Origin: an uncultured Methylomirabilota bacterium
GTDB lineage: Bacteria; Methylomirabilota; Methylomirabilia; Methylomirabilales; 2-02-FULL-66-22
Direction of reading: 5' to 3'
DNA length: 64,000 nucleotides
Assembly: GCA_963845565.1 (NCBI GenBank)
Contig: CAWJSJ010000001.1
Coordinates: 928,001-992,000 of the forward strand
Positions 31,001 to 41,822 of the stretch are shown here, piece after piece (the first letter of the stretch is position 1; every line of letters starts with the position of its first letter). A program made the position numbers and the translations under genes. Below the pieces are notes generated by a model. That model was not told the DNA's origin, did no database searches, and was given only the letters and a program-made list of their open reading frames with translations.

Positions 31001-31216
31001 GGCGCTCCACCGGCAATGGAGGCGTAACCGGTTGAATCCATGGACGTGGGAGGTTATCCGTCGCGGCAGTCGACAATTCCTCGCCATGGCTTGCCCTGGT
31101 TCCGCAGACATCATTCCGTACTGGATCAGTACTGTTTACTGTGCTAGCGTTATTTCGCAGAGAGTCGCAAAGCCATTCGTGCCGCGCCGCGGCGGGTACG
31201 GCAGGTCGAGGAGATA

Positions 31217-32537
31217 GTGGTGACCCCCATCAAACCATGTGGTTCCCGGTGCAACGAGCCGTTATTGGCCACCCCGTCCGACGTGCCTTTGCCCGCTCGC
31301 GCGAAGGGCCGTGGGCTGGCCCACCCGTCCTGCGCCAACGCGTTATTCGTGCTGGTCATCGCCGTGGCCGCCGCCGCGTGCGACAGCACCAGCTCCGCGA
31401 CACCGAACCCCGGGCCCTCCGCGCGTGGAGAAACGCAAGCCCGCCGAGTTGAACTCGTGTCGGCAAGGGGAGCCCGTCACCGACCGACGCGTGAGCGCGA
31501 CGGGGACCCTCGCGGCCGACGAACAGGTCGTCCTCGGTACCAAGGTAGCCGGGCGTGTCGCCGAACTGCGGGTGGATATGGGTAGCCGCGTGCGCCAAGG
31601 TGACCCGGTGGCCCGCCTGGACCCGACCGACGCTCGGCTCCGGGTCGACCAGGCGGTGGCAGCGCTCCAGCAGGCGAGAGTTCGTCTCGGCTTGGCGGCC
31701 GAGGGTACGGACGACCATGTCGTCCCCGAGCGCACCTCGCTTGTCCGGCAGGCGCGCGCCGTCCTGGAGGAAGCACAGCTCACGCGGGATCGGATGGAGC
31801 GACTCTGGCAAGAAGGCGGCATCGCCCGGGCCCAATTCGACGCCGCGGTTGCGGCGCTGGCCGTCGCCGAAGGTCGCTACCAGGACGCGATCGAAGAGGT
31901 GCGTACCCGCCAAGGGGTGCTGCTGGAGCGCCGTTCCGATCTGGCGCTCGCTCGCCAGCAACTGAGCGATACGACGATCACCGCCCCCATCGACGGCGCC
32001 GTGAGCGAGCGGCGAACCTCGGTCGGCGAGTTTCTCGCCGCCGGCGCACCGGTGGCCATCCTCGTCAAGTTGCACCCCCTCCGCCTCCGCCTGGCCGTCC
32101 CGGAACGCGACGCGAACCTCGTGCGCGTCGGACAAACCGTCCGAGTAGCCGTCGAGGGCGTTTCGGGAGACGGTTGGGGCCGCGTGGCCCGCGTGTCCCC
32201 CGCCATCAGCGAGCAGAACCGGACCCTGTTGATAGAGGCCGAGGTGCATAACGAGGACGCGCGGTTGCGCCCCGGCGCCTTTGCGAAGGCTGACATCGTC
32301 GTGGCCGAAGACGTGCGCGTCGTCACCGTGCCCGCGGCCGCCGTGGTCACGTTCGCGGGGATCGAGAAAGTGCTTACGGTCGACAACGACCGTGCCGTCG
32401 AAGTACGGGTGCAAACCGGCCGCCGGCTGGGAGACCACGTGGAGATCGTCTCGGGCGTCTCGGCCGACACCCGCGTTGTCGCGCAACCGGGCAACCTGAC
32501 CGCAGGGCAGCCGGTGACAACGACCGACGTCCCGTGA
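31217..32537 (+). CDS. efflux RND periplasmic adaptor (MFP) lipoprotein, frameshift near 31467-31470
   Basis: lipobox AAAC in frame 31217; KVAGRV, ITAPIDG, LRPG in frame ending 32537; G4 run at the junction. Confidence 0.88.
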
Positions 32538-32617
32538 TCACCTGACGTCATCCCGGTGAAGGTGCCGCTGATCAGGGGTCTCGCGTCGTTGGTAACGCCC
32601 TCGCAGTAGGAACCGCC

Positions 32618-35600
32618 GTGCAAAGACTCGCGGAAGTCTGCATCCGCCGGCCCGTGTTCGCGGCCATGATCGTGCTTTCCCTGGTCGTGGTCGGGGCCGC
32701 CTCCTACGGTCGCCTCGGCGTCGACCGCTTTCCGTCCGTGGACCTCCCCACCGTGAGCGTCCGTACCGAACTTCCGGGCGCCTCCGCCGAGGAAGTCGAG
32801 ACGCAGGTCACCCGCGAGATCGAGCAGGTCGTCAACACGGTCCAGGGGATCCGCGAGCTGCGATCAATCTCCGGTCCGGGACAGTCCATCGTCATCGTCG
32901 AGTTCGAATTGCGCCGCGACATCGACGTCGCGGCGCAGGACGTGCGCGAGAAGGTTGCCCTGGCCATCCGCAACCTGCCCCGGGACGCCAGGACACCCAT
33001 CATCGCGAAGTTCGACAACGACCAGGCGCCCGTACTCACCGTGGCGGTGGCGGGTGACCGACCGCTGCGCGAACTGACCGAGGTGGCCGACAAGGTCGTG
33101 AAGATCCAACTCGAGCGCGCGTATGGAGTCGGGGAGGTGCGGCTGGTCGGGGGCCTGAATCGGGCGATCAACGTTTGGGTGGACGCGGAACGCCTGGACG
33201 CGTACCAGCTCCCCATCACGGCCGTCCGCGACGCCATCGTCCGCCAGAACGCGGACTTGCCGGGTGGCAACGTCACGGCCGGTCCCCGTGAGGCCTCCCT
33301 TCGCACCCGTGGGCGCATCGTTGACCCCCGGGGCTTCGATGACCTGGTGGTCTCCACCGTCAACGGGGCCCCCATTCGCGTGCGCGATATTGGCCGGGCC
33401 GAGGACGGGACGGCGGAGCAACGCTCCGTGGCCCGATTGAACGGCGTCCCCACGGTGATCCTGGAGGTGCGCCGACAAGCCGGGGAGAACACGGTGGCGG
33501 TCATTGGCGCGATCAAGGAACAACTGCGCCGCGTGACCGCCGAGCTGCCGGCCGACCTCCGCCTGGAGGTGATCCGCGATCAGTCCCGCTACATCCACGC
33601 CGCCCTCCACGAGATCAAGGTCCACCTCGTCCTCGGCGCCCTGCTCGCCTCCCTGGTGGTACTGGCTTTCATGCGGAGCTGGCAATCGACCATCATCGCC
33701 GCGGTCGCTATCCCCGCCTCGCTCATCTCGGCCTTCGGCATGATGTACGCGCTCGGCTTCACCCTCAACAGCGTCACCATGCTCGCCCTTGTCCTCATGG
33801 TGGGGATCGTCATCGACGACGCCATCGTGGTGCTCGAGAATATCTTCCGGTTCGTGGAAGAGAAACGCATGCGGCCCTTCGAGGCCGCCCGTGCCGCGAC
33901 AGCGGACATCGGCTTGGCCGTCCTGGCCACCACCTTCAGCCTGGTCGTCATCTTCCTCCCCGTCTCGTTCATGTCCAGCATCTCGGGCCGGTTCCTCTAC
34001 CAGTTCGGGGTGACGGCGGCGGTATCCGTGCTGGTGAGCTTGCTGGTGTCGTTCACCCTCACACCGATGATGAGCGCCCGGATGATCCGGCCGGGCGGCG
34101 CGCTTCCCGGAACCGGGCACGAGGCCGCCTCCCGCCGCGGCTTCTACGCCTGGCTCGACCGCAGTTACACGGTCGCCCTGGGGCTGGCGTTGCGGCGACG
34201 GTGGGTGGTCGTCGGGATCGCGCTGGTCGTGATCGCCGCCTCCTGGCCCATCTTCGGATGGGTCAAGCAGGAGTACACGCCCGGCGACGTCGACGAAAGC
34301 GAGTTCGAGGCCAGCATCAACGGTCCGCGAGGGCATCTCGATCACGGCCATGGACGAGGCCGTACGGGCGATCGGGTCCGAGGTGCGGACGGTCCCAGGC
34401 GTGCGGAGTGTCCTCATCACTGCGGGCGGCGGCTTCCTCGGACGCGTGAGCCAGGGCAACATGTACGTGCGCATCGCCCCCCACGAGGAACGGACGCTGA
34501 GTCCGGGTCGGATATGGGGTGCCCTGCGTCGCGGCGATCCGTTGTCCGCCTTCCAGGGAAATTACACGCAGCGTGAGGTGATGCAGCGCGTGCGCCAGCG
34601 GGTGCGCACCTTTCGCGATTTCCGGATCCTGGTGAGGAACATTCCCGGCTTCAACATCGGGGGGGAAACTTCGACATCGACTTTGTCCTGCGCGGCCCGG
34701 AGCTCGAGTCCCTGGCTCGCTTCGCCGAGGAGCTCCGCACGCGCGCCCTCGCGCTGGGCGGCTATCGCGGACCCGGACACCACGCTCCGACTCGACCGCC
34801 CCGAGCTGCGCGTCCGCATCGACCGCTCGCGGGCGGCGGACCTGCAGGTGGACACGGAGCAGATCGCCACCGCTCTCCGGCTGATGGTAGGCGGCGACAC
34901 CGAGGTGTCACGGTTCCTCGACCCGACCACCAACGAGGACTACTACGTCCAGCTCCGCCTGGATGAAAAGGACCGCCGCGAGCCGGGGACGATCTCCCGG
35001 CTCCTCGTCTCGCGCCAGCCCGGGGCGGTCGGGCCCGGCGCGCTGGTCCGCATGGACAACCTCGTGCAGATCGATGCCGGGTTCACCGCCTCCCGCATCG
35101 ACCGGTCCGACCGGCAGCGCGAGGTGCGCCTGCGCGCCGTCGTCCTCCCCGGCTACGGGCAGGCCGACCGGATTGCCGCCCTGCGGGGCGCGGTAGCAGA
35201 GATGGGGTTGCCCGCCGGATACACCACCGCGGTGTCCGGCCGCGCGCGCGAGCTCGAGCACACTTTCACCGAGTTTTTCTGGGTCTTCCTGCTCTCGGTG
35301 ATCTTCATGTACATGATCCTCGCGGCACAGTTCGAGAGTCTGATCCACCCCGTCACCATTCTCCTGTCCTTGCCGATCTCCGTCCCTTTCGCCCTGTTCT
35401 CGCTCTGGTACACGGGGAACACGCTCAACCTCTACTCGGCGCTCGGCATCCTGGTGCTCTTCGGCGTCGTCAAGAAGAACGCCATCCTCCAGATCGACCA
35501 CATGAACACCTTGCGCGCCGAGGGCAAGGACCGGATGACGGCGATCCTGATGGGCAACCGCGACCGGCTCCGGCCGATTTTGATGACGACGCTCACGCTG

Positions 35601-35927
35601 GTGGCCGGCATGTTGCCGCTGTGGCTCGGAACGGGTCCGGGCGCCGAGGAACGCCACGCCATCGCGGTGGTCGTGATCGGGGGGCAGACCCTGTCGCTCC
35701 TCCTCACGCTCCTCGTGACACCCGTGACGTATTCGCTCTTCGACGACCTCGCGGGCGCGTGGGGTCGCATGCGCCGGTTCGGCTGGCGGCGACGTCGGTG
35801 CGTCGATGCTGCGAGCGCCCATGTGGGCAGCGGCGTGAATTCCGACGCCGTCGAGGAGTCGGCGTCCCGACTACCGATACCGCCGCGAGAGGTCCCGAGA
35901 ACGCCGGGGGAAGCGGAGACGGTATGA
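32618..35927 (+). CDS. efflux RND transporter permease (AcrB/D/F family), interrupted by single-base indels
   Basis: GIVIDDAIVVLENI, QFES, KKNAIL, RLRPILMTT; frame changes near 34328, 34660 and 34763. Confidence 0.92.
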
Positions 35928-36050
35928 TGTGGAACTGGTATTTCGGGTGACCCGCCGTACCCGCATGGCAGGTCCCCTCCCTCCAGCGACCGGAACGCGC
36001 TGGCTGCTCGCCGGGCCGGACTTCCACCGGCGAACATCAGTACCTGCTAC
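35925..36050 (-). ncRNA. candidate structured RNA or mobile-element end
   Basis: GCAGGT/ACCTGC closing stem enclosing hairpins GCCGG-N7-CCGGC and CCAGCG-N9-CGCTGG; strand is a guess. Confidence 0.3.
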
Positions 36051-36150
36051 CGAACGGAGGCCAAGTCAGCGAGTTTGCACGTCATGCGGGCCGGTTTCTC
36101 CATGCGGGAAGCACGGGCGGCCGTAGCGAGCGAGGAAGCGGCGGGGCCAA

Positions 36151-36366
36151 TCACCCGTTCCGTGGCCCAGCGCGGATCCCATGCGTCGCCGTGAGGATCG
36201 TCGGTCGGCGCCAGCAGCGTGCGGTATCGGTCCGGGCCATCGCGGCGAGCTGCGCGATCAACAGGAGGAAATCGGCCGGCGTCGTGACGCAGCAGTCGCG
36301 GTTATGGCACCGGCCGACCACGTGGACCGTCTCCCCGGGAGCGTGGCGCCGCGGCAGGCGTGGCAT
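36151..36366 (-). pseudogene. REP-associated tyrosine (Y1/HUH) transposase N-terminal remnant
   Basis: MPRLPR..APG.TVHVVGRCHNR...DF matches the RAYT N-terminus; stops before the HUH motif. Confidence 0.65.
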
Positions 36367-36860
36367 CGCGACCCGGCCGCCGGGCCGGGCGAGATCGGCC
36401 GCCCGCGGGTACTCCCCCGCATCGTGCCTCCCCCGGCGCCGTGTCACGCCGCCCCCCTTCGGCATCCGCGCCGCCCTCGTCCTGCCCGCCGGGGCCACAC
36501 CATCGTGCGCCTTCACCGCCAGGCTTCGTCGGATGCTTGTACTGGCGGTGGCTTCCTCAGGTCCTGGCCAAATACCAGCCATCTCCTTCGAGAAGCCTGA
36601 CAAGCTCACGAACCTTCATCGGCCCCCAGGGGTATGCACTACGGTGTCCGGCGACCGCCCAAGTGTCTCATCCCTTGTTCAGTATACCTGAGACAAAGCC
36701 GGATTCAATCTGCCTCCCGTTCGCCCTTCCCCGAAACCCGGTCCCGGTCGACCTCGCCCACCCGGGTCCCGGCGTCCAGAACGGCCTGCGTTCCCTTGTC
36801 GAATGGCGTCGCGAGTTCCCGGGCGTGGATCTCCCGGTAGAGGCGCTTGGCGCACTGCAG

Positions 36861-36971
36861 GCCAGCACGGTGCTCAAAGGAAAGGTCCAGATGCCAGGCG
36901 GCGTGAAAGGGGCGGGGCACCCGTCCGGAGGATGGGTCTCCGCAGGTGGGCCTTTTTCAGCAGCCTGTCAG
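36861..36971 (-). repeat. MITE-like intergenic repeat family B, copy 1
   Basis: ends TTTTTCAGCAGCCTGTCAG; reverse complement core ACCCATCCTCCGGA.GGGT...CGCCGCCT.G.ATCTGG..CT...TTTGAGCA matches 45661-45718. Confidence 0.65.
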
Positions 36972-37234
36972 GCCCTCCCGACCGGTCCGGGGCGAATCCC
37001 CCGCTCAGGGCAGAAAGAAGAGGGTGTGATAGAGAGGATCTCCGGCAAGGGGGAGTGCGCTCTTGAGTGTTCCCCACTCGGCTGGGATGTTCACCGCTGC
37101 AACGACGTCCGAGAGCAGACATCGGCGCTCGGAAACCGGCTTTCCATGGCCCCCTCCCCCGCTGCCGTCCACGCGGCTTTGCCGTGGAGGGCGCGGAGGC
37201 GGTCACGCGTCGAGCCGCCTGCGCCTCGCGGTCG

Positions 37235-37660
37235 CTAGTCCGCTGCGGGCCACCCTCGGTCCTGCAACACGTGTTCAATGGCTGCGACGATGCTCTCCGC
37301 GTCGGCGGGCTTCCGGAGCGTCAGGGTTGCGCCAACCGTCTGCGCCGTCCGCGCCACGCTGGGATCGTCCAACACCGAAATGAGGATGATCGGGATGTCG
37401 CCGAGCACGGGGTCGGCACGGAGCTTCCGGCAGATGTCGAACCCGCTCCAACCCCGCAGCAGGACATCCAGGAGGATCACGTCGGGACGGTCCTGCTGCG
37501 CCATGGCGAGACCCTGGAGGCCGTCCGTCACCGTGAGCGTCCGGTACCGCGGCTCGAGATGGTCCCGGTAGAAATGCAGCACGAGCGGGTCGTCATCGAC
37601 GCAGAGGACCGTCGGCCGCGCGGGTGGGGTCTTGGCCTCTGGCGAGCCTGGCGTCACCAT
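37235..37660 (-). CDS. single-domain response regulator (receiver)
   Basis: VLCVDDD, PDVILLD (phospho-Asp), IPIILIS, KP. Confidence 0.88.
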   Translation of the reverse strand: MVTPGSPEAKTPPARPTVLCVDDDPLVLHFYRDHLEPRYRTLTVTDGLQGLAMAQQDRPDVILLDVLLRGWSGFDICRKLRADPVLGDIPIILISVLDDPSVARTAQTVGATLTLRKPADAESIVAAIEHVLQDRGWPAAD

Positions 37661-37976
37661 GGGGTCCGGTCTCCTTTACAGCCTCGCACCGCGCCAGGGT
37701 CTCGTTGATCCTCGACACAGTTTTCAGGATCGTCCCAAGGCTCTCCCGGATCGCCCGGGCCTCCGACAACCGGGAGGGGGATTCGCTTCCACCGACCCTT
37801 CGCCGCCCGCACCGGTCGGAGCAGACGGAGGTCTTCAGCCCCCTCATGGCCTTCCCACACACCGGACAGGGCCGAAACACCTCCGGGGATGTTACCACAG
37901 GGGCGCTCGCAGCCGCACGTTCGGATTTTATGTCGGAGGAGGCACTGCGCATCGCCTTGTGCCCGTCGTCGGTCAT
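37593..37976 (-). CDS. small Zn-finger hypothetical protein, possibly frameshifted
   Basis: CPVCGK...CSDRC. Confidence 0.45.
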   Translation of the reverse strand: MTDDGHKAMRSASSDIKSERAAASAPVVTSPEVFRPCPVCGKAMRGLKTSVCSDRCGRRRVGGSESPSRLSEARAIRESLGTILKTVSRINETLARCEAVKETGPHGDARLARGQDPTRAADGPLRR

Positions 37977-38199
37977 AGGGTAAGCGTTACGCGCGTCGTC
38001 AAATCGGTGGAGAATTTCTTACCCGCCCACCAGGTCCGGCCTCCAAAACGTAGACACGCTGACTACAGCATAACACCACGCCGTGCCGAGTGATTCTCGT
38101 TCACGAGCCGAGAACTCCTGAATGTGTGCATGGTTCGGCACATTTCGTGCTGCAGGCTCAGGCCATCATCCTTTCCGGGGGGGGATGAGGGGAATTCAC

Positions 38200-38358
38200 A
38201 TGCCTGTTATGCGCGTGGAACGGCAACGGACCGTGCCCCGTCACCGCTACCGCGTCTGTTCGTATTGTCGTCACCCCGTGAGAATGTACTGGCACCACGA
38301 CTACTGCGAGCGATGCTACCGCACGTTCGCGACGGGGAAGTACGATCAGGCGCGCTAG
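38200..38358 (+). CDS. 52-aa Cys-rich (CxxC...CxxC) microprotein
   Basis: CSYC and CERC pairs; GAGG RBS; sigma54-like site at 38146-38161. Confidence 0.55.
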   Translation: MPVMRVERQRTVPRHRYRVCSYCRHPVRMYWHHDYCERCYRTFATGKYDQAR

Positions 38359-38447
38359 GACGGCCACCTAACATCAAGCCGTGCACGCACGGCGGAACGT
38401 CCTCGCCGGCAGTGCCAGACGGACGGAAGATCCGCAGGAGGTCGTGC

Positions 38448-38705
38448 ATGCGATACGGTCTTCTCGTCGTGGTGATATGCCTCGCCATTGCCGGCGATCT
38501 TGGCGTATACATCGCCATGGATGACGCCTCTTTTGAGTCATTCGACCCGCTCCGCCCGGCCACGCTCCTTCCGATCGTTGCGAACCGCTTCTGCGAGCAC
38601 CACCCCCAGGCGTGCGACGTGCTGCGGGATCTGGCAGACAAGTTCGTGGCGCCCTACCGCGAGCGCCCCCGACCCGAGAGCCCGACTGACCTCCTGCCGG
38701 AATAG
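38448..38705 (+). CDS. small single-pass membrane protein (paralog of 14862-15107)
   Basis: AGGAGG RBS; ungapped alignment with the first copy. Confidence 0.75.
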   Translation: MRYGLLVVVICLAIAGDLGVYIAMDDASFESFDPLRPATLLPIVANRFCEHHPQACDVLRDLADKFVAPYRERPRPESPTDLLPE

Positions 38706-38891
38706 CCGCACCGGATCCCGTCGTAAACTCCGCGGCCGTCAGGAGCAAGATGGCGCCCCGCATCGGCACCGGGATCAGGCCCGGTGGCGGATCACTCGGC
38801 GGGCGCATGCCGGTGGCATTCATTGACGCAGGGGATTCCGCTTGGTAACCTTTCCCCCGACAATGAGACCGGCATCCAAGAGGAGGGCGGC

Positions 38892-39272
38892 ATGACGGTG
38901 GCGTGGCGCACTCGTCTCACCCGGCTCTCCCTCGTCCTTTGGGGGGTCTGGATACTATTCATCCTCGTTGGCATGCCCATATGGACCGTTAACGACGCAC
39001 GCGAACAAGCCAAATCTGCGGAGGCGGAATCCCGAATGTACGATAATGCGGGCAATCAGAAGGAGGCTGGCCGCGCATTGGCGCGTGCACTGCAATACAA
39101 ACGAACGACGCTGGCCAGTGCCTACAAGGAGTTCTTTGCAGAGTGGCCCGCAGTCCTTGCCTTCCTTATCGTTCCGCCGGTCGCACTGTATGGTTTCCTG
39201 TACGGAAGCGTTCTGTTGTTTGCCTGGATACGCCGCGGTTTCAGGCCGGGCACACCTCGCCCCCCGACATAG
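38892..39272 (+). CDS. 2-TM hypothetical membrane protein
   Basis: AGGAGG RBS; promoter TTGACG-17-TAACCT at 38823-38851. Confidence 0.7.
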   Translation: MTVAWRTRLTRLSLVLWGVWILFILVGMPIWTVNDAREQAKSAEAESRMYDNAGNQKEAGRALARALQYKRTTLASAYKEFFAEWPAVLAFLIVPPVALYGFLYGSVLLFAWIRRGFRPGTPRPPT

Positions 39273-39374
39273 CGCCCCGAAAGAATGGTCAACACACTAC
39301 CCTCTTTCTGTCACGCGCAGTTCCCGCCTGTTATTGCTTTTTCGTGCGGCGGTCGGCCGCCGCTCATTAGCACA

Positions 39375-39419
39375 AAGCAAAAAGGGCTTAGGAGGTTTCT
39401 CCTAAGCCCTTGCTTTTCT
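39375..39419 (-). terminator. intrinsic terminator after tRNA-fMet (possibly bidirectional)
   Basis: AAGGGCTTAGGAG-gttt-CTCCTAAGCCCTT hairpin flanked by A and T tracts. Confidence 0.85.
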
Positions 39420-39496
<77 letters not shown>

Positions 39497-39501
39497 GATG
39501 C

Positions 39502-39530
39502 ATACTACGCAGTTGGCCTTTGAGTGTCAA
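39502..39530 (-). promoter_or_regulatory. sigma70 promoter of tRNA-fMet
   Basis: TTGACA-17nt-TAGTAT. Confidence 0.8.
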
Positions 39531-39646
39531 GGTCTTTCTCCGGGATACCAAACCACGGAACACCGACCTTTCCCCACAGGACGCACAAGACGCACAAGGC
39601 AATTGACGGCCTGCCGATGTCGAACGGGCTCAAATTGTCGGTCCGC

Positions 39647-40621
39647 CTACCCCTCTTCGAAAGCTTTGCGCGTTTGCTTGATCAGCAGTTCGGCGCTGTT
39701 CGGAATCGGCGCGTGCCAGAATCGGGTGATCCGCCGGGCGATGTGGGCGATGCTGCGGGCGGCCGGGCTGTCCGGATGGACTGTCAGCAGAGATTTTCCG
39801 TGACGAATCGAATCCCGGACGGCCGGGTCGGACACGATAAACCCGAAATAGTCCACCTCGATGGACAGGATCTGCCGGATGGTGCGGTCGAGCGAATCCA
39901 GCATCTGGAGATCATCCGGATGGTCTCCCATGTTGATCACCAGCCGTGGCCGGCACCGCGCGCACACGTCCTGGATGCGCTTTCCGGCATCCGGGTTCAC
40001 CTCCGAGGCCAGCGCCACCAGCGTCTGCACCGTCATCTGCGGCGCATCCACCGGCTGCACGTACAATCGGTTCAGCACCTCGGTGAGTGCCGGATCGTGC
40101 GACAGGCTGCGGTCGATCCGGCGGAGCAGCATGTTTTTCAGGAATACCAGCGCGCTCATCACCGCCGGGTACTCCGGCGACGTCAGCACCATCCCGGCAT
40201 CCACCATGGAGAAGAAGTCGAGGGTATGGAAGGCGCACCCGGCGCCGAGATCCAGGATCACGTACTGGGCGGGTACCGTCCGCAGATTCGAAAGGAGCCG
40301 CACCTTCTGGGCATGGGTGATGTTCGCCATGAACGGCATACGCCCATCCCCGGGCAGGAAGCGCAGGTGGGGAATCTCGGTCTCCACCAGGAAGTTCTCC
40401 AGCGTGCCCGTGCCCACCCGCAAAAAGTCGCCGACTCCCGGAAAGCGATTGGGCAATCCCAGCAGCGAGTGGAGATTCGAATTCCCGAGGTCCAGATCGG
40501 CGACCACCGTCGGACATCCCATGCCCGCCAGGGCGAGGCCGAGATTGGCGGTCAAGAGCGTCTTGCCCACGCCCCCCTTGCCACCGGCGACGGGAATGAT
40601 CGTCGGGGACTGGGGCGTCAC
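39647..40621 (-). CDS. MinD/FlhG-like P-loop ATPase
   Basis: deviant Walker A GKGGVGKT; DLDLGNSNLH; ILDLGAG. Confidence 0.88.
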   Translation of the reverse strand: MTPQSPTIIPVAGGKGGVGKTLLTANLGLALAGMGCPTVVADLDLGNSNLHSLLGLPNRFPGVGDFLRVGTGTLENFLVETEIPHLRFLPGDGRMPFMANITHAQKVRLLSNLRTVPAQYVILDLGAGCAFHTLDFFSMVDAGMVLTSPEYPAVMSALVFLKNMLLRRIDRSLSHDPALTEVLNRLYVQPVDAPQMTVQTLVALASEVNPDAGKRIQDVCARCRPRLVINMGDHPDDLQMLDSLDRTIRQILSIEVDYFGFIVSDPAVRDSIRHGKSLLTVHPDSPAARSIAHIARRITRFWHAPIPNSAELLIKQTRKAFEEG

Positions 40622-40760
40622 GGTTTCCGTGCTCGTGCGTGTGCCGAGCGGTTGGCGTTGCCATGTCGGGTTCCTGTAGTGTGACGGGTTGGAAACGGAG
40701 GCAGCGCAGAAGTAACCGCCGTCAGGGAACGCGCCGTGCCCGGTCCGCGAGGGCCCTGGG

Positions 40761-41822
40761 CTACCCGCTCGATGCCGGCGCGCCCCGCTCCCGCTCGACC
40801 CGCAGCATCCCGCAGGCGGCGGAAATGTCCCGTCCGCGGCTCTCGCGGATGGTCGCCGTCAGCCGCGCGTCGCCCAGGACCCGCTGGAACAGGTCGATCC
40901 GTTCGCGCGGCGAGGGGCGATCGGGCAGGTCTGGCGTGGCGTTGAATGGGATGAGATTGATCTTGCAGTGGATGCCGCGCAATAGACGCACCAGCCGCTT
41001 CGCGTCCTCCGCCGAATCGTTCACGCCGTCCAGCATCACGTACTCGAACGTCAGGCGTCGACGGTTCAGCAGCGGATACGCACGGCAGGCCCGCAGCAAC
41101 TCGGCGATCGGCCAGCGCTTGTTGATGGGCATGAGCTGGTCGCGCACCGCATCGGTGGTGGCGCTCAGCGACACGGCGAGATTCACACCGAGGTCCGATT
41201 CCGCCAGCTTCTTGATGCCGGGAACGTGCCCCGCCGTGGAGAGCGTGATCCGTCGCGGCGAGAAATCGGCGCCCTGCGGATCGCAGAGAATCCGCAACGC
41301 CCGCGCGACCTCGGGGAAGTTCAGCAACGGCTCCCCCATCCCCATCAGGACCAGATTCGAGATCCGGTCGGCCGCCTCGAGCCGGTCCTGCAGCAGGAGC
41401 ACCTCCCCCACGATCTCGGCCGTGCTCAGGTTGCGCCGCATCCCCATCAGCCCGGTCAGACAGAACCGGCAGGCCAAGGGGCACCCCACCTGGGTCGAGA
41501 TGCAGGCGGTCAACCGGTCCTCGTCCGGGATCAGGACGCTCTCGATCGCCTCCCCATCGCCAAGCGTGAACAGGAACTTCCGCGTCCCGTCCGTCGCCCG
41601 CTGCTCCCCTGCCACCGCGGGTCGGCTCACCACAACGCGGCTCGCCAGCTCGCTGCGCAGGGTCCGGGAAAGATTCGTCATGGCCTCGAGGCTCGTCGCG
41701 CGCCGCGCCTGGACCCACTGGAAGATCTGTCGCCCCCGATAACCGGGATGGCCGAGCTCGACCAGCACGGACTCGACCTCGGCCCGCAAGAGACCCGTGA
41801 GGTCCCACGTCGTCCCGCTCAC
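40761..41822 (-). CDS. rlmN: 23S rRNA m2A2503 radical SAM methyltransferase
   Basis: CISTQVGCPLACRFC, MGMGEP, INLIPFN, RGRDISAACG; GTG start overlaps the upstream stop. Confidence 0.95.
   Translation of the reverse strand: MSGTTWDLTGLLRAEVESVLVELGHPGYRGRQIFQWVQARRATSLEAMTNLSRTLRSELASRVVVSRPAVAGEQRATDGTRKFLFTLGDGEAIESVLIPDEDRLTACISTQVGCPLACRFCLTGLMGMRRNLSTAEIVGEVLLLQDRLEAADRISNLVLMGMGEPLLNFPEVARALRILCDPQGADFSPRRITLSTAGHVPGIKKLAESDLGVNLAVSLSATTDAVRDQLMPINKRWPIAELLRACRAYPLLNRRRLTFEYVMLDGVNDSAEDAKRLVRLLRGIHCKINLIPFNATPDLPDRPSPRERIDLFQRVLGDARLTATIRESRGRDISAACGMLRVERERGAPASSG

Noticed and set aside
35937..36047. Hammerhead ribozyme (CTGATG...CGAAA on the minus strand)
   Set aside because: Core reads CUGAUGU rather than CUGANGA, and the stems do not fit the topology.
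39647..40621. Flagellar FlhG or partition ParA assignment
   Set aside because: No flhF, parB or minCE nearby; left as MinD/FlhG-like.
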